Shown: positions 51,133 through 64,000 of the stretch, piece after piece | How the letters are laid out: each line of letters opens with the position of its first letter | How positions within the stretch are numbered: the first letter of the stretch is position 1 | From: Blasia pusilla | Lineage: Eukaryota | Assembly (NCBI GenBank): GCA_050084515.1 | Contig: CM114271.1 | Coordinates: 47,926,001-47,990,000, forward strand | Reading direction: 5' to 3' | Length of the DNA: 64,000 nt | The notes under the pieces: generated by a model | Told to the model about the DNA's origin: nothing | Database searches by the model: none | Seen by the model: only the letters and a program-made list of their open reading frames with translations | Translations under genes and position numbers: made by a program

Positions 51133-54100
51133 ATGCAGAGATTACCTCAGAAGTGGAGATCTCTTTTGAGTGGGATTTCCGCTTTGTCTGGGATTCCTCT
51201 TCCAACCATCTACCCGAAGAAGACTATTGAACAGCCTGTTGCACACAGAGATGGATACAAAAATCTTCATCGGAGTTGGTGCCAGCAACTTTTCTCGACA
51301 GGTTGGTGGTTGGTGAAACGTTTCTTGGGTTATGGTTTAGTGGAGAGACTGATTGGTTGTTGTGATGGTTTGGAGGGAAGGAAGGATTGATGGATGGATG
51401 GTTGCTCAAGTGTGTCATTTTCTACTTCCTTGGATTCAGAAAGGCGGATTCCAATTTCTCAAGACTTGCTGATGGTTATGGAGAGGCGAATGGTTTCAAT
51501 TCAGGGTCGTTATGCTTACCTCAATCAAGCCTTGTCGCAGGTAGTTCAAGGCACCTCATGACTCCTGGTTTGCAAGAGTTCAAAACTAGTACACTCATCT
51601 TGAAATAGTAGGTGTGCATCTGTACTTTTGTGTGGGAAACAGGGCTAACATGGGATGATGACCTGGATGACTAGAAAATGTGAGGATGAGCATTCGTTCC
51701 GCAGAAGAAGTTAAAATGTAAAGTGGAACTTGTATGAAGACAGCCAACAGCCAGCACAGATGAAATCACAAACATAAACAAAGAGCTGAGCAGGATGGAG
51801 GATTGTATCAACTGCATCTTGTCTTTGAGGTCTAAACGCAAGGTATACCAAAATGTTTGTCAGTTCAGTTATCTTTTGTGGTCTAAAGACAATTAGTTGT
51901 TGAAGAGATCCTCCACAGTCAACACTGGTTGTATTATACAATCAATTCCATAACATACTGCTTTTGAATTCTCTCTTTCCTGTTATGCTATGATGCACTT
52001 TTTTTACTGTTTCATCCTTGTTCACATCACATCACGGAACAGGAGCTTGAAGAATTGAAGAGTATTCTTGATGATTCTGGAGAGGATGATGACATACATC
52101 GCTTAGTAGCTGATGAATTGCGGTTGGCTTCCAGTGACGAGTTGGAGCTTCAGCATCAGGTCCTCTTTTTCATGCTACCTAGAGATGAGGCTGATAGCAG
52201 GGGTTGCATACTGGAGGTTAGAGCAGGTGGGTTGTCCCTTGGGAGACTAGAGTTCTAAGGACCATGTGTATGTAGTGCAGGAAGCCTGTCTGTCATCCAG
52301 ATATTTTTGAAGCTTAGAATACTTACTCAATTCAGTATGGGTTTGCATGTTCTCCTACCAACATAATTGAATGCCAGTGTGATGGTGTCAGAATCTTTCT
52401 GTTATTGTGCTTGATCACGAAATTGGTGGCCCCCTTTCTCTCTGGAGCTATTGTGCCAAGGTGATGAAGTGTGGTATGTCTTACAGGGACCGGTGGTGAA
52501 GAAGCATCTCTATTTGCAATGGACGTATTTAAAATGTAAGATTTTACCCTCACATGTATGGATTATCCATGATTCCAAGAGCAGGAATGGGAAAACATCC
52601 AAGATCTGTCACGTTCAGCAATTTCATTTGCTTCAAAGTTCCCATGCATTCAGATCGCAAAGGAAGCTTGTCATGCTTCTGAACAAAAATGTGAGCCTTA
52701 TGTCTGTGGAACCGCACATTCTTTGCAGGTATGAACGGTATTCACTAAAACAATCTTGGCGTTTTGAGATCTTAGACATTACTGAGACGGATCTTCGTGG
52801 CTACAAGGTTATTAATCTTCAAGATTCTGACCACTGGATCCCAGAGCAGTTGGATTTCTAAGCTGTAATGTGTGCTACTCATGATAGATTTAAAGTTTGT
52901 TCTTATGATAGACTAGTGTAAGCCCTTTCGATGCATGGGTTTAAATTACCTCCCATAGTTAACTCTCAAAGTTCTCAAGTGCCATTTTAAGTTAGTTTCA
53001 AGCTATCCTATTGGCTCAGAAGGGGAGCAATCTTATCGGCTGAAAGTGTCAAGAGGAGAGGTGTTCGCAAAATGAAAGGGCACTCCCCAATAAGAATATA
53101 GATTGGAGCTGGAGAAGGTTTTGAATTCATGTTACTAAGCCGAAGATTATGTGGAAGTTCAACCGAACGTCCAAGATAAATTTCTAATTATGTTCCCCTA
53201 AAAACATGGACAGGAAGCAAGTGCGTCTATAACAGGCAATGGTGTCTATGGCAAGCTGAAGTTTGAAAGTGGAGTGCATCGAGTCCAGGTATTCAAACAT
53301 TCTACACATCTGTAAATGGCAATCCCTTTGTCAAAGTTGTCATCTGGAGTTTTTCGGTGTCCATCTTTATTTTTCGGAAAGCTTTGCAAGGTTCCGCAGT
53401 CGCAAGTGGGTTAGTACATGACAGCTTAATTCTCCTTGTTGCAAATGTGTGCCAGCGTGTTCCAGTCACGGAAAAGCAAGGGCGTGTCCACACTAGTGCC
53501 GCCTCAGTAGCAGTTCTTCCTCAAGCTGATGAGGTGTTTCCAAATAGATCAACCACCCTACAGGACTTCATTCTTTCCTCTGATGGAGGATCACAAAAGC
53601 ATTTTTCTTGTGAAAGGGACACACGGATGGCTTCATTTATTACAAATTATTGATAAGGTGATATGTGGATGCGACTGGGCAGGTGGATGTGCAAATAAGG
53701 AATGAAGATGTGCGAATAGACACATACCGAGCTGGAGGTGCAGGTGGCCAACATACCAATACTACAAATAGCGCAGTTCGAATGACTCACATACCGACTG
53801 GCACCGTTGTTGCTATTCAAGATGAGCGCTCTCAGCATCAGGTTTGGGTTCCTCCTCCTGGTTGATTCACTGGGATTGACCTCCTTTCTAGGTCAGCACT
53901 TCATTTCTATTGATGTTTCCCAGCGAAGGCAGCCAAGTTTAAAACCAGATAACCCTCCAGCTTAGCCATTCCTTCATTATGAAATATGCTTTAACCAGAT
54001 AAAGTGTGGAGCTCTGGATTATCTTAAATGTTCCTGCAAATTTGGCCTTGAGTGGTTATCTCCACAGTGATGAGTATCTATGAATTGTGTATAACTTACC

Positions 54101-54836
54101 ATTCAAACTTTCCAATTCTGATTTTTCCAGAACAAAGCCAAAGCTATGAAGATTTTACGAGCAAAGCTCTATGAGAAAGAGAGGCTCCGCCAACAGTCAG
54201 TGCGGTCAAATCTTCGACATTTACAGGTAGAGTTGGTACACCTCATACAAGTACGATGTGACCTGTCTGCAAATGTTTTTGGGAGTCCTATTGTGGCAAT
54301 GCTGAGGTTTGGGATCTGCGCTGTTCTCACTTAGGGACTGTTATTCATGCTCTTCTCATCTGGGATATGTTTGATCAATCTCATCATGTAGAAACTTCCT
54401 GAACTCTATTTTAAACTTTATGTCCACACCTAATAAGATGCAAAGTAGTTCTGAATCATTGTACGATTTATTTGTCGGAGAGCCATTCACACTTTTATGA
54501 TTGGAGTAGACAATCGCTTGTATCTGACACTAATATTGGAGTCTCATACGTGGTCGTTTAAACCCTAGATGTTGTTCAGTGTGATGAGTGGGTCAAATTG
54601 AAGTTTTATCTTTGTCATTTTGTTGCTTTTCGTCTTAGATTGGTTCTGGAGATCGCTCTGAGCGTATTCGGACTTACAACTTTCCACAAGGGCGGGTGAC
54701 TGATCATCGTGTGGGTATCACACAACATTCAATTGAGCACATACTGCAAGGGGATGGTATAGACACATTTATTGATGCTCTTGAAATGAAGCAAGAAATG
54801 GAGGCCCTTGGGACATTGAAAATTGGTATGGATTAG
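51133..54836 (+). CDS. prfA: Peptide chain release factor 1, organellar (mitochondrial-type); 11 coding exons
   Basis: Exons 51133-51301, 51440-51540, 51744-51842, 52043-52226, 52487-52535, 52729-52807, 53214-53288, 53456-53533, 53683-53841, 54131-54226 and 54639-54836, all GT-AG and in phase. Motifs [28 protein letters not shown] (PxT), GAGGQH and [19 protein letters not shown]. Confidence 0.96.
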
Positions 54837-57737
54837 AGAAGATTGTAGGCCGGAATAAGAACTTATATTGAATTCTAATAAAGTTATTCCAAACAGTAAA
54901 GAAGTAGCTGAGTATTTGACTGCATATAGAGTGTAAACGATGGTGTGTTGAAAGTCGTCCTTGTTTGTACTCTTTATCTTTCTTGTCCAAGAACGGGTAT
55001 TTGAAGAGCAAAACTGTTGTGGCGCCAGCCATTTCTTCAGAGTGAAACACTCTCTACCTAGTGATTTCACGTGATGAGTCATAAATGTGCTTTAAGTCTT
55101 AAGGGTGGGTCCTGCGTTGCCTTGGTATATGGCAATGCTAGAAAATGTGAGCGCCTAGATAAATTAGTCGGGTTCTCACAAACTCGCTGGAGGCAAGCAG
55201 TGTGTGATTTGTTCGACACTCAATAAACCTTTTGTTTGCAGTCTTTTTGCTTCCATTTTACGTGCGCTGGAGTTGCATATGCAACTGAGCGACAATGCAT
55301 GAAAGGCCGCAATAAGGAATTTGGTTTTAGAAATGAGTCAGTAGATAAGGCAGGTGTGATGGAAAATTGAAAAGGAATTGATGAAGACGTAAGTTCCGGA
55401 GTAGGGAACAGAGACGTAATGAAGACATAAGTAACGGAGTCATTCCTTAAGTGAAAAAATATTAATCACATGCTTAGTAATCAAAAGGGACGTGAAAATC
55501 CATAAGGAGAGTGATGGCTTTATGGAAACAACGTCCACATGATCAAATGATTAAACCAGGATAACAAAACCCAAACAATGACTGGAATTTATAGATTTTG
55601 TTTCTATGAAAAAAACTTATAAGTTAAGGTTTCAAAACCAGTCAAGATGTTAAGATTAATTGGATAAGAGAAAGGAAATTTTGTAAAATTTACCTTATAT
55701 GATTATCAGACCCAAAAATGAGGTTTTCTCATCAAGTTCGCATATTCCACTTTTCCCTGCGTTTTGAAAGTTAAGTGGATTAGAATTAGGCATGACCATC
55801 TGATGTTTTCAATGCTTATATTTGTGATAAGATAGATGTTTATTCAGTTAAATTCTTCGATGCTTTCTTGTTGAGTAAGGGAAACGTCATTTACAATATG
55901 CAATCAAGAAAATGTTTTATGGATGACATGCTACATGACAAAATACTGAGAACAAACGGTATCAATGAGAGCATATGTCCAAAGTCAACCCACATAACTA
56001 AGATCATTAGCTGAATAGACCGTTTTTCCAAACTTTTTGTCATAATTTACTACTTCAAATCTAAATAATTGTTGGAATATGCAATTGGAAACACAAACAG
56101 TGGAGAAATTCATTATGAGTACTAGTGTCCTCTTTGTGTGTTGCATGCGGTACTCAATTCTTTCCTATTAAAATTCAAAATCTATTCCTTTTTACATTCC
56201 ATGAGTTAATTTCCTTGCATTTCATTATTATATTCTTGTTCCTTTTTGAAAATCTTAATGAGTATCCGGATGGAATATACCAAGCGTTGGAGGTGACTCG
56301 AAATAACACAGCGTATAAAAGCCATACAGTTTCAATAGGGACAATTACAAATATACTCCCTAATAAGAATATTGAAGATAATTAGAGGAGGGTTTAAGAA
56401 TGAAGCGAAACATTTGTCCTCAACACTATTATAGAGGTTGAGTTCTACAATTCTTTGTTGTCTATAAAGAGACTACCATCTTGAGTGGTTAAGCCTTAAG
56501 TATGGGCTCAAGGTGAGAGCACCTTATATCTACTTTTGAGAGTCTCTTAGGGCTCCAAATTCATAGTCCATCCCCAATTCTGGCCCTCTACCTCAGAATA
56601 AGTTTTAATTCCCTGTTGTTTTCTTGGGACTCATGATGATCTTGGAACAAATCTCATCCCTAATTTTGGTCATCTCAATTCTTCCAACTTTCCATGAATC
56701 ACTAACCCCTCACTTCATGTATTCCATGGCTCAATGTCTCATGGTTGATTTGGCCCTTGATTTTCCTTCCAAAGACAAGTCTCAAGGCTTACTACCCATC
56801 TTGATTGGTCCAAGTTTCTCGCCCATTCACCTATGGCTTGAATTGGACTCTACGCTAACCCACCTTTCTTTTCCATCCAACAACTAGCGACTACTTATGT
56901 TCTTTGATCCCACAACATTGTTGAGGGTTCTTGCGCCCATGTAACCTAGACTTGCTCCTACAATTGACCCATTGCTCATGGTTGTCTTGATAGGGCTTTT
57001 AAGGTTCTCGCCTTTTTCCAATGTTGTGACTGGTCTAGTTTAGGTTATCCCTTCATAGGAACTCCAATGTCTTTCAGGCTTGTAATACCTTATTCAAATT
57101 TTCTTTTCTGATCTCCACTAGGGTGTACATCTTAGACTAAGCTATTCAAGACATTCCCCAATTGGCTACAGTTGGGCCCTTCCTACGAATACCAAAAGTA
57201 GTTCCTTGCTTGAAGTTACCAACATCTTGGGTTATGTCTATGTGCCTTATTCTAGACAACTAAGCCTACCTCTTCTTTACTTGACAAGTTGATTCAATTT
57301 AAGTTCATAATGCTTAGCTCCCATGGTTCGTCCCAAGTCGTGTTTGGCTTAATCACCTAATCTCCTTAATTCACAAAACATGAAGAGTTATTCACATTCT
57401 AATGAAAGGATTAAAAAACTCAGTCCTTAGACAATGTGAATTCAGATGCTTCTTAAAGTCCTAGAATTTCCAAGTGTTTGCACGTTATTTATTTCTTATT
57501 TAAAGAAAACCTCTACCACTTGAAATTATATAAACCATGCCACTGTGCTCGAATCCGAGGCTAAATCAAAATCTTACACTCTACCTTCCACAAGTTTCCA
57601 TGAGTTGGCCTACTTCTGAATTCTTTTAAAAGTTCTAAAATGTGATGAAAGAATCTCACTTGTGTTTTGGAACTTGTAAATCATATACTTAGTAGTTTTT
57701 TTAGAATAGTAATTATTTTTACTAGTAAGGTCCCCCT

Positions 57738-57793
57738 AAGAGGGACCATGCATTGCATAGTAAAGAGGGACTATGCAATGCATGGTCCCTCTT
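57738..57793. repeat. Perfect 24-bp inverted repeat with 8-nt loop
   Basis: aagagggaccatgcattgcatagt-aaagaggg-actatgcaatgcatggtccctctt. Confidence 0.9.
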
Positions 57794-59978
57794 TACTAAC
57801 ACCCTCTTTAATAAACCTTGAGCCAATTTTTTTAAAGGCTAAAATAGATCACCAATCTCATAATGTAATTTTAGGATATTGGAGCTAGGTAAAACAGCTA
57901 AAAATTCAATCCTACTATTAGTATATATACATGAACCTTTCATATGACTAAGTACTCTTTATTAATCTCCTTTCCATCTTGACCCTATAGATATTGATCC
58001 AACATGATCCCGGGCTTCAAAGCTCGCATCTTGCCTATGGACATGGGTTTTCCACTTGTGCAGATATCAAGCATGTATGGATGATGTAGAAGCATCTTCA
58101 TATTCCCACAATTGCTTTGCCTAGAAGTTTTCTGCTGCACACATGGAGCTCCTTACTTAGGAACTTAGGGACATTACTCTACACATCCAAACACATCAAG
58201 TGTGATCAATCATGTCCCCCTTGAGAGAGGTCTTTAAGAAGGAACCTACTAATCTAGGTACACATTTAGCTCTCGTTCATGGAAGATGTTAAGAGCTCTC
58301 CTCCTTTTAGACGACTACCCAAGTTGCAACAACTTCGATTGAGAGAGCATCTCCTTAATCCTTTTAATAATTGAAAGGATCTTGCATATCTTCTTGTCAT
58401 CTTACCGAAGATACTTGAAGGTATATATAAGTTAGAGAGAATGCAAACTCTTACTCTTTCTTTTTATGCAAGACAATCGCTCCTTGTGTATATGTTTGTA
58501 TGTCTCGCAATGTTAGTTGTTTCTACAAGAACACCTCGACAAATCATGCAGATTAACCAGTTTTAGGAACTCCACACGTAGTAGTTTCTTGCTACATGGA
58601 GTTACATTATCTAGACTGAAATGGAGTCATCGCATCTCATCCCTCATAGACTCACACGGAGGATTTGGTCCTAGAAGAAATTCGTTAAACTTCTCAAATC
58701 TTTCTCCCCCCTTAGGTATTTTCAAGGCCATGCAAACCAAATTGTCTCCTTCATGTATATACTTTTATGTCTCCTTCCCCATCACCACCAGAGTCATGTA
58801 TTCTTACCGTATTTCTATGCCAAAAAATGGGGAAAATGCATACCGCAACAAATTTGAAAATGCTCCCACAAATTAGCTTCCCACTTCATAAATGACTGAG
58901 CAACTCTTGCATAGAATACTCTATCTGACGTGGAAGCCAATTTCTTGAGCCACCAAGACTTTGTAAATGCTCCCACATAGTAGCCCCCAACGTCATAACT
59001 GAATGAGTAAATCTTGCATAGAATAATGCATGTCTCTCCATATGTACACTCGGAATCCACTATCTTAAACATCAACCTAACACAATATTTGCAGAGTGCA
59101 TGGTTGGTAGCATTTATCTTGGCTCAAACAACAAAATCTCTCAGATCTTGAAAGATATTTAAATACTCCTCCTCAGTTTTGAAGAGTTTAGGGTTATAAG
59201 ACAAAAATCTCCATATTCAATATTAAAGGTCGTGTGGACTGTGAATTCAGAAGGAAGCCCTTTGACCCACTTCAGAAATTCCACAACGTACCTGTACTTG
59301 AGTTTGGAATAATGCGAATCAGGAATTTGGCGCATTTTGAACATTACAAAATTTGAGATAATACAAACTAGAGATTCACTTTTGGGCATCTAGGATAGAT
59401 GGTTTGATATTGTGCATCTAAGGCGGATGAATGGCATACACTCTCACGATAACCGTACTAGAGCCACAACGCATTTATGCCCAAATTTCAGAGGTGTACT
59501 ATGCTGCGTCGGAGGACTCATTTCTTGCTCGAGAATCCCAATTATCAGAATATCCCAACCCTTTGAAGAAAAAATTTATATTTCTCCTCAGGTACCATTA
59601 GAACTTCAAGGTACAAAGGATGAGCATGATCTTGATCTCAGATTCTTAGGACAACTCAAGCTCTAAGGAGTAATGTACAAAGGATATCTAATCTCCATTG
59701 CAGTGACTCGGAGTCTAAGATTTCATACAAGCTAAACGCTAAAGTGGTCTAATCTGGCTTTGCGCACTAATCTCTCCACCTTTCTTTCGGACTAGCAGAG
59801 TGACAGTAAGACACCTATGCTCTGACATGAACTGTTCTAAATATTCCTTGGACCATATCATTAGCTGCCAAACTATTGATCCTAAGAGCCACTTAGTTCC
59901 TCGAGTAGGATGATTTCACTTGGATTGTTAGTGTTTTGTGAATGCTTGAAAAAAATCATGTACAATACCATGATCCTG

Positions 59979-62900
59979 TCAAAATCTGCGCATTTCTTTG
60001 GGAGGCTTGAAGTTAATAGGGTGGGTTTCTGGTGTAGCTTTGTCATCTTCCCTCCACATCTTAATGGTCTTGTCAGCTTCACAAGTGACCAGTCTACTTC
60101 CCGTCACATCATAACCTAACGCATATATTCCAGCCTCACTGTCCAACGACCCTGCAATCAGAATATGACGTACATATTTGTTTTAGGACCAAAGACGGAT
60201 TATTCAGATACAGGATGTTTGGAGGAATGACCTAGTTGTGCTGATAAAAAATAATCCAGAAGCAAAAAGATAGTTTTCAACACTGACCTGGCTGAACCAC
60301 AGTGTGTGTTTGTTGAAAGTTGTGCCCACTCTTCCAGTCCCAGAACCAGAGACTACCATTGTCGCCTGGTCATCAAAGTAGCACATTGAAATTTCAGCCA
60401 CAATTAGGTCAAATTCAACCCTTAGCTTATCTACACTTCCGTGGTACAATTAAAAATCCTCTTCTACAGTGACAGGATGCCTTCTACACTACTGCAAAAT
60501 GCACAAGATACAAACTGAGCTCAAGGAGGAGACTATTCCCCAAATTAGTCAGAATTAGAGTAAGCTGACCTGCTGAGCACAGAACATTATCCTCGTTGAT
60601 AGCCATGCAATTCACGATTGTTCTCTGCTGTGATCTGCATTGAATTCCACCATAAGGCCCCGAAACCCATAGATGAATTGAAGTTACCTATTAACTTCTG
60701 GTATTCTAACTCCAGCCACGTAAACACCACAAGTAAATCAGCTACCTTGGAAAAGGAGAATTTCACAAGCAAAAGATACTTACAGCATGTTGTGCAAAAA
60801 TTCTCCTTTAGGGAGGCGGAACTTTTTGATATTATCTGCTGAAGCTGATGCAAACGTATGCCTGCAGGACAACAGTTTACAATTTTAACTGCTCACCATT
60901 GTGTTGGTTCTCATCCACCCCTAACAAAAACATGAGCACAGAAGCTGCAAGAACGATAGTGACGAGATTACACAGATGTGATGACTTGAGTCAAGAAGGG
61001 GCGCCCCAAAGGGATGGAAGGAAAGGGGGGTGTGGAAACCTACTCAAAAGGATGCATAGCCAGCGCACGCACAGACTTCTTATGAAACGTCAGAGTTGAC
61101 ATTGATTTCCCTGCACAGTGCCCAGTATACAGAAGACTTCAAAACTCTCATACAGGAGCCATCTCTCATGAATATGCTCAGTTTAATCTGATTCACACCC
61201 AAGCCATACCTGCAGCCAAATCCCAGAGTTTGATGGTTGTATCATGTGAACCAGTAACAACCTGGGGATCCTGCTCAGGCCAAACAAGGCATGTCAGTTA
61301 GTTCTGTTCAGGATTCCAACCCAATGAAAGAGATGACCACTGACATGGATTTCAACAGGAACCCACTTACAATGACCTCTAACATGGACAACTGAGAGAT
61401 TCCAAAAGAGTACACATTTTGTACAATAACCAGAGAAGGCTCACAATGCAACATTGATTGTGCTTATCAAGTGAAGGACTAACTGGGATTAAAGCAAAGA
61501 AGTCTTACAGTAGCTTGAGTGATGATAGAGCAAACAGTGTTTTCATGGCCAGATAACGCAAAAATTTGGGCTTTCGTGCGCATATCCCACACCTGTATGA
61601 TGTTTCAAAAGGTGAGAGTTCCTTACTTAGTGGTTTAAAGATTGAGGAACATTTTTGAGACTGAAGCGAAGTCAATTCATACCCGACAGACTGAGTCACG
61701 TCCACCAGTCATCAAAATGTCGATTGTTGGATGAAGAGACAAGCAGTACACACCACTTAAATGTCCATGATACGAGCGAATAACCTGTCAGAGTCCAGTA
61801 CAACAAAAACCATCAGAAAACGACTACCATGCTGTGAAGGTTGACTGTGACTTGAACAGGTGGCAAAACCATTTTCAGCCATTCTTCGCTTATTTCTACC
61901 CACCAGACCATGAAGATCACATGAACAGGCAAACTCGAGGGTAAATACTACTTTAGATCAATTGGAGTCACTGGAAACATAAACAAGGCGACACCGCGGT
62001 GTTGACTTGATCAAATTAGATCCAAAGAGAGACAAGATCTGGGCTGCTATTGCAGTGGAACTGGCCTAGATGTGCAAAAGCATATGGCGGTAGATGTCAT
62101 GACCCTCGTATACAACCCTAGGAACAAAATTAACCATTGGTGAATTTTATCAACTGCATCTATCACCAGTACATGAGTACTTTGTTGTACTAAATTCCTT
62201 CTTGTCCACGTCTCGATTAAGGAATGCGAATATCCAGGAGGTTTCCATAATTTCAGAGTTGAAATACCGGAGAAAATTACTATACTCCTCTTTACATTGA
62301 GTACATTGAGGTACTCTAATATGTTGAACTCAATGCACTCCTCTCTACATCTGTGAGTCTATTTAACATGGATCTCAACATACCTTGTTGTACTCCAGGT
62401 CCCAGCATTTGACCTGCTTATCGTCTCCTGCTGAAAATAGGTACGGATGCCGTGGACTCACAGCCAGACCTGTTTCCACACCATTCATTCCAAGAAATAA
62501 TAAGAGGACTGGCTCGGCGACATTTCACTCCAGTGCTAACACAAAATGATGAAAAGAGGAGTGCAACAAAGGTACGACCTCGAATCTGCTCAATATGTCC
62601 AGTTAAAGTGAGCTTGAGCTTGCCAGTAGCCGTTTCCCAAATCTGCAAAACAATTTCAGGGTCGCTGAGGACTTTCCATGCACAGCTGTGCGGCTCAGAT
62701 ATATGGACAGTCCACTGAATGCGAGGATGAGAGCCTCTGATTTGTATTACAGAGACGATGACAAACAGAAGATTTGAAACACATTGAAAATATATGTAGG
62801 CATGTGGCCTGAGCCACAATGTTGCCACAATATATTCATTTTGAAGTCGTATAAAGTAAAAGGAAAATAAAATTGGATTCCAATCCTTAATTCCATCCAT

Positions 62901-64000
62901 TTCCAATCTATCATCAGTAACATAGAAACAATGACGGTAAAATTAGAACATGCGCTTTATTTGCCTGATAGCCCAAATGGGGATGCTTACTTTGATTGTT
63001 CGATCAGCAGACCCAGTGCAGAACCACTCATTCCCTGGATCAAAAGCCAGAGATCTCACCCATCCAAGATGTCCACTGATAACCTGAAATGAGAGTCTCC
63101 AGTTACTATGACTGGCAACTAGCCAAAGATGATCCTCCAGACTACAAGTGAAAAGTTACACCCACTAAGTAAATAAGAGGAGTGATTTTTTTAATAGTAC
63201 TTAAGCTAGACTGCGAGACCTTTTCAATATACAAGAAAACAAAATTTGCAGAATCAATTAGTCTGTCCTAAAGAAGAAAGAGGTGTTGAAATAATACCCT
63301 GTAGTTGATCCAAGGTGGATGCCATGCTGGTTTTGGCCATTTGCTGGGCAATCTCTTCATCACCGCAGCACTAGGCTGGTACCTACATTAAGGAGTTTCA
63401 AACTCAATACTTCTAGAACCTTGTAATCGCAAATGAATGCTAGACAAACATGAAATCACAGTACCCACATATTTGATTTCTGGAGAGCTAGTTGCCATTT
63501 TCCCTTCACATGGCATTATCCACTTGAGGACAAAACATAATATCTTTTGTAGAAGAGAAAAGAATGCTATAGGACAAGGGGAAGGATATAGTAGATCAGA
63601 CAATTTCTAATTTTAACAGTGCACAGGTCTTAGATAACAATATGTGTAACCAAAGCAAACCCTCAAGATCAACCTGCTGCTCTGTCAGACCATGATTTCA
63701 ATAGACTTACACAAGAACTGACTCCAGTCACACAATCCAAAACAAAAACAAAACCCACTAACCGTTCAGTGATTGCACCAGAAGCCATCTTGTAGTCTCC
63801 CGCAGCCCCTGTTCCAGGCCCTACGGAAACTGGAGAAGGCTGCCCATGGGGAGATACGGAGACAAGTTGCAAGTCTGCTCCAGCTTCTTTACCATCCCTT
63901 TGACTTCCTGCTCCTTCACCAAGATACAACCAATTCCTTACAGATAAGCTTCCTGGATACAAAACAGTAGCTTCAACCATCCTTACTTGACATGACTCTT
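59979..64000 (-). CDS. PRL1: Pleiotropic regulatory locus 1 (PLRG1/Prp46) WD40 spliceosomal NTC/MAC protein; 5' end outside the window
   Basis: Spliced exons encode [26 protein letters not shown]...[56 protein letters not shown] and [11 protein letters not shown]...[10 protein letters not shown]...KPPKEMRRF*; stop at 59979-59981. Confidence 0.96.

Overview
Eukaryotic nuclear DNA from a land plant, probably a non-seed plant (inferred from gene and transposon types, not proven). Intact host genes: an ALT-type acyl-ACP/acyl-CoA thioesterase (-), an intronless HARBI1/ALP1-like DDE protein (-), a Yippee-like gene (-), mitochondrial-type release factor 1 (+), and PRL1/PLRG1 (-, runs off the window end). 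There is also a frameshifted secreted GNA-lectin-like gene. Between the genes lie decayed elements: mini-Helitrons, an RLE-type LINE tail, copia gag, a CACTA transposase, two gypsy elements and solo LTRs. The most unusual feature is 1-~10 kb, a decayed Mutator-like element. It has a GCM-like/DDE/SWIM transposase and a divergently oriented accessory gene with a ParB/Sulfiredoxin-like domain (WDGNHK). Roughly 40 or more copies (counted by eye) of a 29-bp palindrome, TGCAACCCGTCGGA-N-TCCGACGGGTTGCA, occupy only its non-coding parts: one intron of each gene, the shared promoter and the 3' flank. This suggests a ParB/parS-like or VANC-like protein-plus-cognate-site system carried by a plant transposon. 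That interpretation is a hypothesis; all domain calls are from motif recognition, with no database searches.
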